From positions 29,450,001 through 29,514,000 of the forward strand of contig NC_058369.1 of assembly GCF_018350175.1 (NCBI RefSeq): a stretch of 64,000 nucleotides of DNA. The letters run 5' to 3'. Below, piece by piece: positions 1 to 12,301 of the stretch. The first letter of the stretch is position 1. Every line of letters starts with the position of its first letter. The translations under genes were made by a program, and so were the position numbers. The notes under the pieces were generated by a model that had not been told where the DNA came from, did not search any database, and worked only from the letters and a program-made list of their open reading frames with translations. This DNA is from Felis catus (Eukaryota).

Positions 1-1099
1 GGGAGCACACGGGGCCTTTTGCAGTCAGGACAAGCCCATTTCCTTTCTCAGCGGGAACCACTCCAAGTATTCCTCTCGAAACAAAAACGCCGAGGATTAT
101 TTTTGCAGACTTCTGTGGACTCGTTTTTGGACAACACCCTGGAACAGGAAACCACAGTTTCTCCTAAATTTGTACAGGATGGAAATAGATAACATTCTTT
201 ATAAAACCACTGCCACAATTAGTGCTTTCAAAGGAGTGTAATGGTGGATGGTTTCATTTATGGATTTCTTACCTGCATAAATTATTGGAACCTGCTGCCT
301 GGGAAATTCATGAATAATTTTATAGGGTTTTATTTTATAAACTGGAAATGCAGCAAAAAGCTAGGTGTCGTTGAGGAAAAAGCACCATGTGATTTAAGGT
401 ATTTGGAAGCTTTCCTTGGGAAATGGCTTTGACATAAAATAGGATACGGCACCTTTAGTGAGGAGAACGTGATTTCCTGTGGCCACCTGAAGCCTGGGTA
501 CAGCTAATTTTGACTGGAGTGAATGTGGAAACTTAGTGAGATAGGGGATGATAGGTGAGAGAAGGCCACACGGTAATCAAAAAGTAACTCCACTTAGACG
601 TCAAATTTTGCTCTGTTACAGAACGGTAGCCAGAAGTATTCCTAGAACAAATCCCAGGCATACCCACGGCAGATCCGGAAGGATTGGGGTGCTTCACTAC
701 TTAACCCCAGTCCTTGTGCTGGAGTCGTGCCTCCGTAGCGGTAACGCCTTGTGTATTTTGGGTCTGTTTCTACAAAGTTCCAGTAGCTGAATTGACTTAA
801 GCTGAATTGAGTTTTTTCTTGGGGGGGGGGGCCCTGTTCTCTTTTTATGGTTAATTTTAAATTATTAGAAGCAATGCATGGTTATATTCTCCTGGGGGGG
901 AGAAATGAAATGTTTTGTACAAACCTCATCCTCTCACTCGCTCCCTAATACCAGACCCTTGTCTTTCTTACTCGCAAATAAAAGATAGGACTGGTTTTGT
1001 GACTATAACTAACTCCTAGGATGCATTTAATATGCATAATGTGTATCTTCATATCCCCTTGGGAAATATTCCATATCCTTGTTTTTTATTTTTAAGTTT

Positions 1100-1104
<5 letters not shown>

Positions 1105-1140
<36 letters not shown>
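1105..1140. repeat. (TG)18 microsatellite
   Basis: Perfect TG run read directly. Confidence 0.95.
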
Positions 1141-1144
<4 letters not shown>

Positions 1145-1562
1145 GGTGTGTATAATAAATATTATACTTTTAAAAATCTACTGCCCTGGGTGTGTCTTGC
1201 ATAGGTCGTCCACATTAGTTTGTATTTGCTTGTGTTTCCATTACTAGATGTTTAGCTTGTTTATATTTTATTAAGAATTGTACTTGACTGAACTTTTGTC
1301 TCCATGCCTCCTTGTACACTGGCGGTATTGTTTATGGTAGACACATTAAAAATTTCAATAGTCCAAAAAATTTTAATTGTATAAAAATGAGAGCGCCATC
1401 TTGAAGCAAATTTTAGAGACGTTTTTGCAAAGTAAAACCTGCCATTGTGTGAAATAGGATATATATAAAGGTAGAACTCAGTTTTGCTTCCCCATTTAAT
1501 GTGTTATCTGTAGGGATATCTTCCAAGGTTCTAAACCCTATATATACTATCTTTCTTCCTAT

Positions 1563-1784
1563 AAATTTTTTTTAACGTTTATTTATTTTTGAGAGAGAGG
1601 GAGAGAGACAGAGTGCGAGCTGGGGAGGGGCAGAGAGAGAGAGAGAGAGGGAGACAGAATCTGGAGCAGACTCCAGGCTCTGAGCTTCAGCTCAGAGCCT
1701 GATGCAGAGCTCGAACCCATGAACCGTGAGATCATGACCTGAGCTGAAGATGGACACTTAACCGACTGAGCCACCCAGGTGCCC
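1563..1784 (-). mobile_element. CanSINE (felid SINEC), runs into N-gap
   Basis: T-rich tail TTTATTTATTTTTGAG, (GA)n region, ...CCGACTGAGCCACCCAGGTGCCC head in reverse. Confidence 0.95.
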
Positions 1785-1954
1785 NNNNNNNNNNNNNNNN
1801 NNNNNNNNNNNNNNNNNNNNNNNNNNNNNNNNNNNNNNNNNNNNNNNNNNNNNNNNNNNNNNNNNNNNNNNNNNNNNNNNNNNNNNNNNNNNNNNNNNNN
1901 NNNNNNNNNNNNNNNNNNNNNNNNNNNNNNNNNNNNNNNNNNNNNNNNNNNNNN
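1785..1954. other. Assembly gap (170 N)
   Basis: N run. Confidence 1.
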
Positions 1955-1984
1955 TGAGGGTGGACTACTCATCTCTCAAAATAG

Positions 1985-2165
1985 CGTACTGTGCTCCCCC
2001 TTCTTACAATGTGATAAGATGATAAAATGCCTACGTGAAGTGAGCTGAATGCTGTAGGCATGGCGATGTGGTTACTGTTGATCTTCTGATGCTGTGTCAG
2101 AAGGCGGATCATCTGTTACTGGATTGCACTTGACCATGGGTAGCTGAAACTGCAGATAAGGGAGA
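1985..2165 (+). mobile_element. Tigger7/MER44-type DNA transposon fragment
   Basis: GATGATAAAATGCCTACGTGA...CAGAAGGCGGATCATCTG...GAAACTGCAGATAAGGG resembles recalled MER44B/C 3' part and TIR. Confidence 0.6.
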
Positions 2166-2344
2166 GCACAAGGTTTCTTAGAGCTTAACGCACCAAGGAG
2201 CTCGGGGCCACGTGAGATGGGCTTCTCAGAATCCTAACGATAGCTGGCCCTCTTGCTGTCTGCTCACTGGCAGCAGAGATCCCTGGCTGTTTTTCACCGA
2301 ATAACCCTGAGTTCACAAATAATACAAAAATTAACTTACAATGT

Positions 2345-2470
2345 GTTCTTATCGCAGAAACCAAAAGGCTAGTCTGGCTGAGCTTTAGGAAAGATGGACT
2401 TTATTGTAGAAAGATAGGGGAGCTGGGGAACCCTCTGGGATAGCTGAAAAACCCAGCTCAGAAAGGATTC
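2345..2470. mobile_element. Old MaLR (MLT1K/L-like) LTR fragment
   Basis: GCAGAAACCAAAAGGCTAGTCTGGCTGAGCTTTAGG...TTTATTGTAGAAAGATAGGGGAGCT resembles MLT1K/L terminus; degraded. Confidence 0.35.
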
Positions 2471-2858
2471 GATTCAGGGATGCATCTTCTCCAAACTTAC
2501 TTTCACTGTTGTGTCTGAAAGTCTCTTGGTGGTATCATGGGGCTAGTGTAGGGTAAGGTGAATACCTTGCTTAAGTGGTCTGTCAAGAAAAGATCTAGTT
2601 GTGAAAACATAGTCGTGCACGAGAAAATCCGGCTGCTTTTAGCAGAAGGCAGAACACAGAGCTGGGCTGTTGGAAGACACATAGTATCTGCTGCCACTAA
2701 AGAAATATACTGATATATTTCCTAACTTATTTTATCAGTACCCACCATTTTCACAGTTTGGCTTTCACCTCTGTGAGGGAACTGGTTGTTTGAATGAAAG
2801 TATCCATTTTTCAAGAGTTAGACTAAGGTGAAGTATATGTGTACACATTTGAAATTTA

Positions 2859-3069
2859 GGGGCACCTGGGTGGCTCAGCTGGTTAGGCGTCCGACTTCAG
2901 CTCAGGTTGTGATCACAATGTTAGTGATCTCGAGCCCGCTTCAGACTCCACACTCTCTCTCCCTCTCTGTCTGCCCCTCATAGGATTCTCTCTCCCCCCC
3001 TCTCTCTTTGGCCCCTCACTCACTCGTGCTCTTTCTCTCTCTCTCAAAAATAAATAATAATAATAAATG
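2859..3069 (+). mobile_element. CanSINE
   Basis: GGGGCACCTGGGTGGCTCAG head, CT-rich region, (TAA)n tail; TSD ACATTTGAA(A/C)TTTA. Confidence 0.93.
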
Positions 3070-3309
3070 ACATTTGAACTTTAAAATGGTTGAGAATTGG
3101 CATCAGGAGGCTGGGAATTGTTAGACTATTTTTGATGGGTTTCTGGTTACTTATTTATAAAGATAGAAAAGTATTCTGATTGGGGATCTCAAAATGTTAG
3201 CACAATCAGTTCTTTCTCTTTTGCCTTCAGTAACATAATTTTTAAAGTAAAAAATTAAAAGGTGTGGCTCTAATTTGGAGTCACGTAATTTTCCAATATT
3301 TCAGATCAT

Positions 3310-3400
3310 GGTGATCCAGACGCCTGACCCTCAGAAACTGAGATGTAATAAATGTTAGTGGCTTCAAGTTTCTTTGTGATGCAATAACTGATGATATACA
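3310..3400 (+). mobile_element. MLT1 LTR 3' end fragment with AATAAA
   Basis: CCTGACCCTCAGAAACTGAGATGTAATAAATGTT...GCAATA...ATACA matches MLT1 LTR 3' terminus. Confidence 0.65.
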
Positions 3401-4227
3401 GTATCAGTATCGATTGAGCCTGTATTTTTGATTGATGGAAAAAGATTTCTGATGATCTGGGGACTGGATTTTAGAGAATTTAACAAAACCTTCGGTATTT
3501 TGCCTTCTTTCTAAGATGTTTAAATACAGTACTAGATAGTAGTTTTCTCTCTCTGCCTCTACCCTTCCCCGAGCGTAATCGTTGAAAAGAAGGCATTTTG
3601 CTTGTTGTTCCTTGTGCTTTAACAAGAGGCCTGACTTTCTGTTTTTATGGTCAGTTTTAAAGTTGTAATGAGGATTACGTTGACCTTTCTTGAGAAGCTG
3701 TCATGGTGGGTTATATTTCCAGCATGTTGTACAATGATCAGAAGATGGGCCTGCTACTTGGGTAACGACTTAAAAACTGAATCTGACATTAAGATGCAGG
3801 TCTAGGCTTAGCTGTATCTAGTTCCACAATTCTTACCTCCTTACTTGAACAATTTAAAAATAAGCTCGTATACTGTCAGCTTCTAGCTTCAGTGATGTTA
3901 TGAGTATTCCGATGAGTACTTAGGTACAAATAGGTTGTTCCTTATGAGCACCGATGGGTCCCAGAGAGGTGAGTGGAAGAGACTTCCGTTCTGTTAAATG
4001 TCACACACTGTCACGTGTGCCATTGACTACTGATCACACAACCTGGTGCCGCTTCACTGTGCGAAAATACTAGCAAAGGGTGTGAAAACCAGGAGGTGAG
4101 GATCATTGGGGGCCCTTTTAAGGCTGAGACATGTTACCCAAAATTTCAACTTTCTCATACTTCTGCTTTAACTTTTTCACCTTAGAAGTTGTATCTGTCT
4201 ATCTGTCTATCTATCTCTGTCTATCTG

Positions 4228-4452
4228 AAGTTTATTTTGAGAGAGAGAGACAGAGAGAAAGAGACAGAGAGAGAGCGAGCATGCACATGAGTAGGGGAGG
4301 AGTGGAGAGAGAGGGAGAAAGAGAATCCCAAGGAGGCTTCATGTTGTCAGTGCAGAACCCGTCTCGGGGCTCAATCTCACAAACCAGGAGATCATGATCT
4401 GAGTTGAAATCAAGAGTTGAATGCCTAACTGACTGAGCCACCCGGATACCCC
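4228..4452 (-). mobile_element. CanSINE (older subfamily) with (TCTA)n-derived tail
   Basis: Reverse head ...GAAATCAAGAGTTGAATGCCTAACTGACTGAGCCACCCGGATACCCC. Confidence 0.9.
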
Positions 4453-4576
4453 AGAACTTAACACCATTTAAATTATCTTACTCATTTATCTTACTCACCA
4501 TCCACTTCCTACAGCAGGATGTCAACCATAAAAGGTCGGGGATTTTTAAAGTTGTGTTCACTGTTCTGTCCCTTCT

Positions 4577-4800
4577 TTTTAAAAAAAATTTTTTTTAACG
4601 TTTTATTTATTTTTGAGACAGAGAGAGACAGAGCATGAACGGGGGAGGGGCAGAGAGAGAGGGAGACAAAGAATCGGAAGCAGGCTCCAGGCTCTGAGCC
4701 ATCAGCCCAGAGCCCGATGCGGGGCTCGAACTCATGGACCGTGAGATCGTGACCTGAGCCGAAGTCGGACGCTTAACCGACTGAGCCACCCAGGCGCCCC
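4577..4800 (-). mobile_element. CanSINE, fairly young
   Basis: Perfect 15-bp TSD TGTTCTGTCCCTTCT (4562-4576 / 4801-4815). Confidence 0.97.
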
Positions 4801-4814
4801 TGTTCTGTCCCTTC

Positions 4815-5179
4815 TAAGAGCAGGCCATGAAGGCATTGTGGCTTCTGCCTTAGCCTCCTGTAGAGCAAGCTGACCGCCCTATCATGAGGCACTGAGGGAG
4901 AGGCGAGTCTCCCGCCAACAACCAGCACTGTTTTGCCAGTTGTGTGACTGAACCATTTGAGAAATTGGACCTCCAGTTCCAAGTTAAGCTTCGAGTGACT
5001 ATAGGCCCAGCTGACATCTTATCTGCAGTCTCATTAAGAAACCCCCAGCCAGAGCCAACTAGCTAAGCCCTCGCTAAATACCGACCTGGAGAGACTGTGG
5101 CAGACCATGAATGTTTATTGATGTTTTAAGCTACTGAGTTTTGGGGGATTTTGCTATAGAGCAATTGACAACCGATATA
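4815..5179 (+). mobile_element. MaLR LTR (MLT1F/G-like), 3' two-thirds
   Basis: CCAGCTGACATCTT..CTGCAGTCTCAT..GAAACCCCCAGCCAGAGCCAACTAGCTAAGCC...TGTTTTAAGCTACTGAGTTTTGGGG...GCAATTGACAACCGATA. Confidence 0.8.
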
Positions 5180-5224
5180 GGGTGCCAGGAAAGCCCTTAC
5201 ATAAAAAAGCTTTGGGGAAATCTC

Positions 5225-5460
5225 TGTGCCTTTTTCTCCTTTTCTTTCCAAGTTGATGGGTTCTAGGCCATGCTGTTTCCTCTCCCTGGGCTCGAAGAAC
5301 GCCTGTGTGACCCAGGAATGAGCATTTAGGGTCTCATGACTGCTTTGACTGGTTCAGAGATAGATGTGTGGCCCAAGCCCATCCAAGAAGACTTGGTTCT
5401 ATACTTGTCTTCCAAACCACCATGACAAAAAGGCCTTTCTGTGCTGAGGCTCCTATGCTG
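5225..5460 (+). mobile_element. Old MaLR LTR fragment (MLT1J/K-like)
   Basis: TGACTGGTTCAGAGATAGATGTGTGGCCCAAGCC motif typical of MLT1J/K; degraded. Confidence 0.4.
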
Positions 5461-5904
5461 ATAGGAACATAAGCTAGGTGCGCCTGGTGGGGAAGACCCG
5501 CTCAATAGCAAAGCCAGCCTTGGGAAGCAAAACCGAGTTGCAGGGAAGAGGGAGAGGGGCTCTGTGATGAGACACTTGGATTCTGTATTTAGTAGGACTG
5601 TACATGTATACACAAGGTGTACCCCTAGACATTTCAGCGGTGTGAGCCAATGAACTCCATGCCCCTTAGTTTTGTTTTCTTTAAGACACTTTGAAGAAGA
5701 TTTGTTTCCTTTGGTTTCCTCATCTATAAAATGGGTCTCACTTTTTAAAAAAATAAATATGAGCATTTCTTTGTCACCCGAAGGCAGTAGGATCAAATCC
5801 TGGCAGTGCGAAGGGGGAAGGTTCTATCACTCACATACGTCCACAGGATGCTGACCCAAGATCAGGACTCGGCTTTAAGTTTCCGAACCACCCAGTTTAC
5901 ATAA

Positions 5905-6265
5905 CCGGTATTTATTGAGCACCTGAACTACCCCAGGCCGAGCACTGTGCTGCAGCACTATGGGAGACGTGGGGAAGTTGTCTCACACGTGGCATCTGTC
6001 TTCCTGAGTTAATAATGCCAGCAGAGGGGCACCTGGGTGGCTCGGTCGGTTGAGCGTCCGACTTCGGCTCAGGTCATGATCTCGCGGTTCGTGGGTTCGA
6101 GCCCCGCGTCGGGCTCTGTGCTGACACCTCAGAGCCTGGAGCCTGTTTCAGATTCTGTGTCTCCCTCTCTCTGACCCTCCCCTGTTCATGCTCTGTCTCT
6201 CCTGTCTCAAAAATAAATAAACGTTAAAAAAAAATAATGCCAGTAGATAAAACAAACTCATGGAA
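5905..6265 (-). mobile_element. L2 3' end fragment interrupted by a CanSINE
   Basis: TATTTATTGAGCACC...CCAGGC..CACTGTGCT.CAGCACT..GGGAGAC is reverse L2 3' end. Confidence 0.55.
6026..6232 (+). mobile_element. CanSINE
   Basis: Canonical head and tail; TSD AATAATGCCAG(C/T)AG. Confidence 0.96.
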
Positions 6266-6546
6266 AAATCCAGAGTATAAATACTAAGCCGTGTGTATTG
6301 TTAAAGGGAAATTTTGTCCAAAAGTAGGATTCCAGCTAGAGTTGGTTTCTTCCTTCCTTCCCCAAATGGGTCTGATTGTACCTACTTCTGTCTGTCCTGA
6401 GAAGTTGGTGGGGGAAGGTAGGCAAAGACCTTCCTCTGTCCATTCTCTTTCCTCTGTTTCCCCTCCCGTAGCCCTGTACTCCATTTCAAAACATGGAGAT
6501 ATTTTTCCTATTAAGATCTGAACCTCTTGAAAAAGAAAATACTATG

Positions 6547-6757
6547 AGGCGCCTGGGTGGCTCAGTCGGTTAAGTATCCGACTTCGGCACAGGTCATGAT
6601 CTCATGGTCCATGAGCTCGAGCCCCATGTCAGACTCTGGGCTGTCAGTTCAGAGCCTGGAGCTTGCATTAGATTCTATGTCTCCTCTCTCTGCCCCTCCC
6701 CCACTCACTCTCTGTCTTCCTCTGTCTCTCAAAAAATTAATAAACGTAAAAAAATTG
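6547..6757 (+). mobile_element. CanSINE
   Basis: Canonical; TSD TTGAAAAAGAAAA. Confidence 0.95.
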
Positions 6758-8228
6758 TTGAAAAAGAAAACAATACGTAAACCTGTGTATCTATCTATAT
6801 GTATAATGCATAAATATGTGTATACACACACCCACTTTTTTTTTTTTTTACCTTGCCCTATTAGGAAGACTGTATTAGCACACTATAATATATGTATAGC
6901 GTTAGCAATTTGCAGGTGTTTCAAGAGCCATGCTAGTGGAGGGACAATGATAAGACACAAACAGGTGTTTTTCTGTAATATGAGCCATCTGAATGGGCAG
7001 TACTGACCTGAGGTTTAAATCAGGCGACAGGTGAGACCACCATATACCCTATCAATCTGTGATGTGGGGTGTGTGGAGAAAGAGGATGTTTACTGCGCTA
7101 TTCGAAGGGGTACTTTGTACTTCTGGTTTACCAGAAAAGATTGCAGGCATATCTGCATGGTACACCTGTAAGCCTGAAATTCAAAACTCCCATCTGTTTT
7201 AGATTTTTTCCCCCCTTTACTGACCAAATCAAATATTTGCATTTCTTTTTGTAGTAAAACTAGAGAGCTGTTGGTTTATAGGGGTATAAAATGGCTGTGA
7301 TTTAGATTTTTCTTATTTTCAGTGCATTGGAAGGAACGCATAGTTACTGTACAATTTTCTCGTTTGAAGCCATGCATGCCCTTACCTGTTATGTGCCCAG
7401 ACTCGTGTTTAGGGCCCTAAAAAAGATTGCTAAGCTAGCCCTAAACCTTCTGACCTTAAGGCATGGTCACTTAGAGGACTATAGAAGTAGTAGCATTTAA
7501 AGCTTTCATAGCTGGGCAACTGGACTCTTCTCATAGTTTATCTCTTCCCTTTTATTTCCCGTAGGGAATTTTTTCCCAAGTGGTTCTCTGAAAACCACAG
7601 GTTTTGTGATCATCTCATTGCAATTTACAAGGTTAAGTCTTTTGTAATTAATCCCCTCTAGGCTTTCATGGTGTAGATAGAGATGCTGTCATACCCCTTC
7701 TCAAAGAACAGGTTTTTTTTGTCCAAGCCTGATGGTTTTTCCAAGTGTGTTCTGGAATTATCTGGCTTCTTGGAGTCTTAACAGAATTTTACTTTCTATA
7801 TTTTGGCCTTCCATGTAAAACTTCAAAACTCAGTTTGAAGAAAGACTTGAAATAGCTTTAAAAAGTTTATGTTCAAGTAGACTTTATAATTCTGTAATAT
7901 TTTAGTGGTAGGGTAGACTTTTTTGAAGTAAAGCACATACATAATTACAATAATTTCTTTTATTTCTCATGTATTTGGTTTCAGTAGTGCTTCAGGCCTC
8001 ATAATAGGAAGCTTGCTGAGGTTGAAAGCCTCAGGTCATATGAACACAGTCTTGCTGGAGGTTCTGGAAGACCCTGCGGGGAGGTGACAGGCATTAAACC
8101 AAGAAAGCTTAGGGAGAGATACCTGTTGGAGATCAGGGTGTTGTAGAACCTGGCATTGGGTTTCCCTTGAGTTAGGGAGAAGGAAATGTCTGTATACTCC
8201 TCTGGGCACACCTGGGCATACCTCTTCT

Positions 8229-8440
8229 TCTTTTGTTTTTTTAAATTTTTTAATGTTTATTTATTTTTGAGAGAGAGACCGAGCACGAGTGTGGGAGGGG
8301 CAGAGAGAGAGGGAGACATAGAATCTGAAACAGGCTTCAGGCTCTAGCTGTCAGCACAGAGGGGCTCAAACTCACGAACCGTGAGATCATGACCTGAGCT
8401 GAAGTCGGACGCTAAGCTGACTGAGCTTCCCAGGCGCCCC
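8229..8440 (-). mobile_element. CanSINE
   Basis: Canonical reverse; TSD TGGGCATA(C/T)CTCTTCTT. Confidence 0.95.
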
Positions 8441-8611
8441 TGGGCATATCTCTTCTTACCCCTGGAAGGGCTTTTAGGGTCCCTTTCCTTTCTTCCCACC
8501 ACTGTGGCCTTTGTTGCTTCAAGTCTACCGGTGGTGTTACCGATGACTGTGGTCAAGCATGATGGTTTCAATCTCTTCTACTCATGCAGAATATTAAGAC
8601 CAAGAATGATG

Positions 8612-8828
8612 TTAATCGTAAAAATACACATCACATAAAAATTGCCATTTTAACCGTTATAAATTGTACAGTTCAGTGGCATTAAGTACATTCACAGTAT
8701 GATGCAACCAGCACCATTACCTAGTTCCAGAACTTTTTCATTACCCCAAATGGACCCTCCGTGCCCATTAAGCAGTCATTCTCAACTGCCTGCTCCCCTG
8801 GCTTCTGGCAACCTCTAATCTACTTTCT
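8612..8828 (-). mobile_element. L1 (L1M-type) 3' UTR fragment
   Basis: TGTACAGTTCAGTGGCATTAAGTACATTCACA...GCAACCAGCACC...TTCCAGAACTTTTTCATTACCCCAAA...GGCAACCTCTAATCTACTTTCT. Confidence 0.8.
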
Positions 8829-9421
8829 AAGACCAAGGATTTTTACAGGTATTTTTAAAAATGTGAGATTTCTCTTTTCAAGCTATAGATAGTCCACGAA
8901 CAAGCCAAGAGGATGAGTTATGCTGAAGCGAAGCCCACAGTCGAACCCACAATTATATGCTTCTTCTTTACCACCCCAGGTTTAGTGCTAAATATCTTAG
9001 GGTGTTTCCTTCCCCACTTTTTCTCATTGCATGCACACTTGAATTCACATATCGTTGATACATTATCTTATTGCTTATGGATATAGGGTGATACTGAGCA
9101 CATTCCCCTCAACTGTCTTTTTTTGAACATATTTGATGCATCTGTCTCCAGATCGGTGCAAACAGCTTTAACTGAGTTACTCTGCAGCTCTGTAATATTT
9201 TGTCATGTGGATAGTCCATAAATTACTCAGTCATGCTGCTCTTGGGAGCTCTTTGAAGATTTAGTAATTAATTTAAAGGAAGTCCCATGAGGAAGGGCCA
9301 GGCAGGTAGAATTAGCCTCTTTTGTATATCAGGACACTGAACCTCAGAGGGGTGAGATCTGTTCTGTGTAGTACTGTTCTGTGATGTGATGCTCTTACTT
9401 ACTTTGAAGTCTTAAGAATCT

Positions 9422-9645
9422 TTTAAAAAAATTTTTTTTAGTGTTTATTTATTATTGACAGAGAGAAAGAGAGAGAGAGAGAGAGTAGGGGAGGGGCAGA
9501 GAGAGAGGGAGACACAGAATCTGAAACAGGCTCCAAGCTCTGAGCTGTCAGCACAGAGCCTGATGTGGGGCTCAAACTCATGGACAGCGAGATCATGACC
9601 TGAGCTGAAGTTGGACACTCAACCGACTGAGCCACCCAGGTGCCC
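9422..9645 (-). mobile_element. CanSINE
   Basis: TSD TGAAGTCTTAAGAATCT. Confidence 0.96.
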
Positions 9646-9667
9646 TGAAGTCTTAAGAATCTAATTC

Positions 9668-9670
<3 letters not shown>

Positions 9671-9712
<42 letters not shown>
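9671..9712. repeat. (TG)21 microsatellite
   Basis: Perfect TG run. Confidence 0.95.
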
Positions 9713-9716
<4 letters not shown>

Positions 9717-9989
9717 CACTATTACATGCTTTCTCCTTGTTTTTAAAGATATGAAATGTCCTTTGTTGACCATTTCCTTTTCTCGTCATTTCTCACCCTA
9801 TTCTCATCTTCCTGTGTGCATCTAATATCTCTTCTTCATATCCCGCCAGAGAGCCTCAGACATTTAATGTTTTGCAGTTTGCAGATACTGCCACAAATAC
9901 CTCATTACTCCAAAAATCTCACACTGTGACATTAGAGTTAGAATTAAAAAGCCCCCTTTAAGATTCCTTAATGTGTGTCATATACCTGA

Positions 9990-10070
9990 AGGAAGTAGAC
10001 TCAAAGAGGTCAAGTGACTTGCTTAAGTTCATACAGCCCTCCAGTGGCCAAGGCAAGACTTGAACACCCC
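9990..10070 (-). mobile_element. MIR fragment
   Basis: GAGGTCAAGTGACTTGC..AAG.TCATACAGC...GGCAAGACTTGAAC is reverse MIR core. Confidence 0.6.
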
Positions 10071-10389
10071 CTCCTGAAATCATATTGTCATGAATTCCAG
10101 ATAGCATCTCCCATGCCAGTGCCAATGACTGGAGCACCACGTGAGAAAGATTCTGAAACTCTGATTCGTTAATATCTGCCATGAATGAAAGAGGGGGATG
10201 ACTAAGTGGTGGTACATGTGTCATGTACTTCCTGTCCCCAGTGTACTGTATTCATGGTGATGATTCTTGAGTATGACTAGAGAATTATGATACTTAAAGG
10301 GTTGCAAGAGTTAGTTTGGGGAGAAGTCATAAACTCATGTTGTGGTCTTATGTGTGATAAGGCTTTGAGACTAGTTATATTTGCTTAAA

Positions 10390-10801
10390 TTTTTTTTTTT
10401 AATTAGAGAGAGAGAGAATGAATGAATGAATCTTTTTTTTTAAATTTTTTTAACGTTTTTATTTATTTTTGAGACAGAGAGAGACAGAGCTTGAATGGGG
10501 GAGGGTCAGAGAGAGAGGGAGACACAGAATCTGAAACAGGCTCCGGGCTCTGAGCTGTCAGCACAGAACATGATGCGGGGCTTGAACCCATGGACTGCGA
10601 AATCATGACCTGAGCCTAACTTGGACGCTTAACCGACTGAGCCACCCAGGCACCCCGAGAATGAATGAATGAATCTTAAGCAGGCTCCACACTCAGTGTG
10701 GAGCCCGATGTGGGGCTCGATTGATTCCATGACCCTGGGATCATGACCTGAGCCGAAATCAAGAGTCGATGCTCAATTGACTGAGCTACCCAGGTGTCCC
10801 C
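10390..10801 (-). mobile_element. Older CanSINE (host of a nested insertion)
   Basis: Tail at 10390-10433, body resumes 10657-10801 (GAATCTTAAGCAGGCTCC...GAAATCAAGAGTCG). Confidence 0.9.
10434..10656 (-). mobile_element. Younger CanSINE nested in older CanSINE
   Basis: Perfect 20-bp TSD GAGAATGAATGAATGAATCT (10414-10433 / 10657-10676). Confidence 0.96.
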
Positions 10802-11022
10802 ACTTTAACTTTTTAAAAGTGGTTGAATTATAAGTTGCTAATTGGTGCTGTTACTTGTGTCTTTTTACTCATCTTGGGAAGACTGATGTAATTCCTCACA
10901 TTTTTTCCACTTTTAATTAGTATATTCCTCTTGAATGCTGTGTTTGTGGAATTTGCTTCTTCACTTTTTCCTGCAATCAGGTAAGACTTTCTTTGGAAGA
11001 AATGACACTGGTTGTAGTTAAA

Positions 11023-11234
11023 CCTGGCTGCCTGAACCTCAGCACTGTGGACGTTGGGGCTGGATCATTCTTGATCGTGAGGGTTTGGCCTGTGTATTGT
11101 AAGATACTCAGCAGCATCCCTGGCCTTTGCACACTAGAGACCAGTACCCCCACGCCTCACTCTTGACAACTGTGAATTTCTGCAGACATTGCCAAATATC
11201 TCAGGGGCAAAATCACCCCTGTATGAGATCTACT
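11023..11234 (-). mobile_element. MER20-like hAT-Charlie MITE
   Basis: AACCTCAGCACT...GCAGCATCCCTGGCCT...CACTAGA...CAGACATTGCCAAAT...GGGGCAAAATCACCCC is reverse MER20. Confidence 0.85.
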
Positions 11235-12301
11235 AGCTTAAACTCCTGCGTGCTTTCATTGGGTTGTAATGGTTTTTTAAAAAGGTTATTTTCTCTGGTC
11301 CATTTGTATGTTGGGTGTTAGAACTGACAGGACAACTTGAAGGAAAATAAACTCGTTATCCTTAGAAAGACAGTAGGACGCTTTGCTTTACTGTAGTACT
11401 GAATCAGAACACCTCAAATACAAAAGCTCATTTTGCGACAATAGGTGGCACACTACTACCAGAAGCTACTTCAGAAAGTGGATGGAGGACACTGGTTCAT
11501 GAGCCAATGTGTTTCGATCCATTTTTATTAACAACATGGCCAACTTCTTTCAACTTATTTCCTTTAAGAGGATATTCGACTATCACGGTGCTTCTGCAGC
11601 CAATTTTATTCTTAAAAAATGAGTACAAATTTGCCACTTAGTGTAAAAAACAAACCTATAATCACTCTGGTGTTTATAATAGAAAGATCATATCATCATG
11701 GGAATAAACCAAATTAACTTCGATGTGTCAATTATTTTCGCAGTGCAGTAGAGAAAGAGACAGTTTTTATTTTTTCTAGGATATTAGCGTTCCATGTATA
11801 TTTTTTCAGCAGGTAAATGACTCTTTACTCTCTGTTGATGCTTTAATGAAGAAGCTTACTTTTATGTCTGGCTTCTGTTGAAAACAGGTCACGAGATGCC
11901 AGCAGCGGGTGGGTGGGGAGCGGAAATTATGGCAGCCCAACGCCTACTTTACTAGTAAAATATCCTGTTTTATTATGATGTCTTCACGTGCAGTTGGAGA
12001 AGAGTATAAACTGAATTTTAAAGATTATAACCATGGTGCTTATATCTAGCAAGATAGACTAGCTCATTACAAACTCCTTTTAATAAACTGTCCACCAATA
12101 AATTTAAAAATAAATACTGTCTTTTCCCTATTTCCGTAAACATGACTTCCAATGTTTTGCGTATCCAGGCTGTGATGAGACAACAATTTTCTGAATGAAT
12201 ATAGAATATAGAGACACAATTTTCGGAATGAATGTTTACATATTTATGATGGTGTCCAATGACTTGATTTGGGGTTGGCTTTTAAAAACTTTATAAGTGG
12301 A

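Noticed and set aside
1-800. Unique sequence at the window start that could be a 5' exon/promoter-proximal region
   Set aside because: No CpG island or recognisable coding frame. It cannot be assigned without upstream sequence or a database search.
1393-1403. Perfect YY1 motif GCGCCATCTTG
   Set aside because: A single 11-mer in AT-rich DNA with no promoter context; not supportable as functional.
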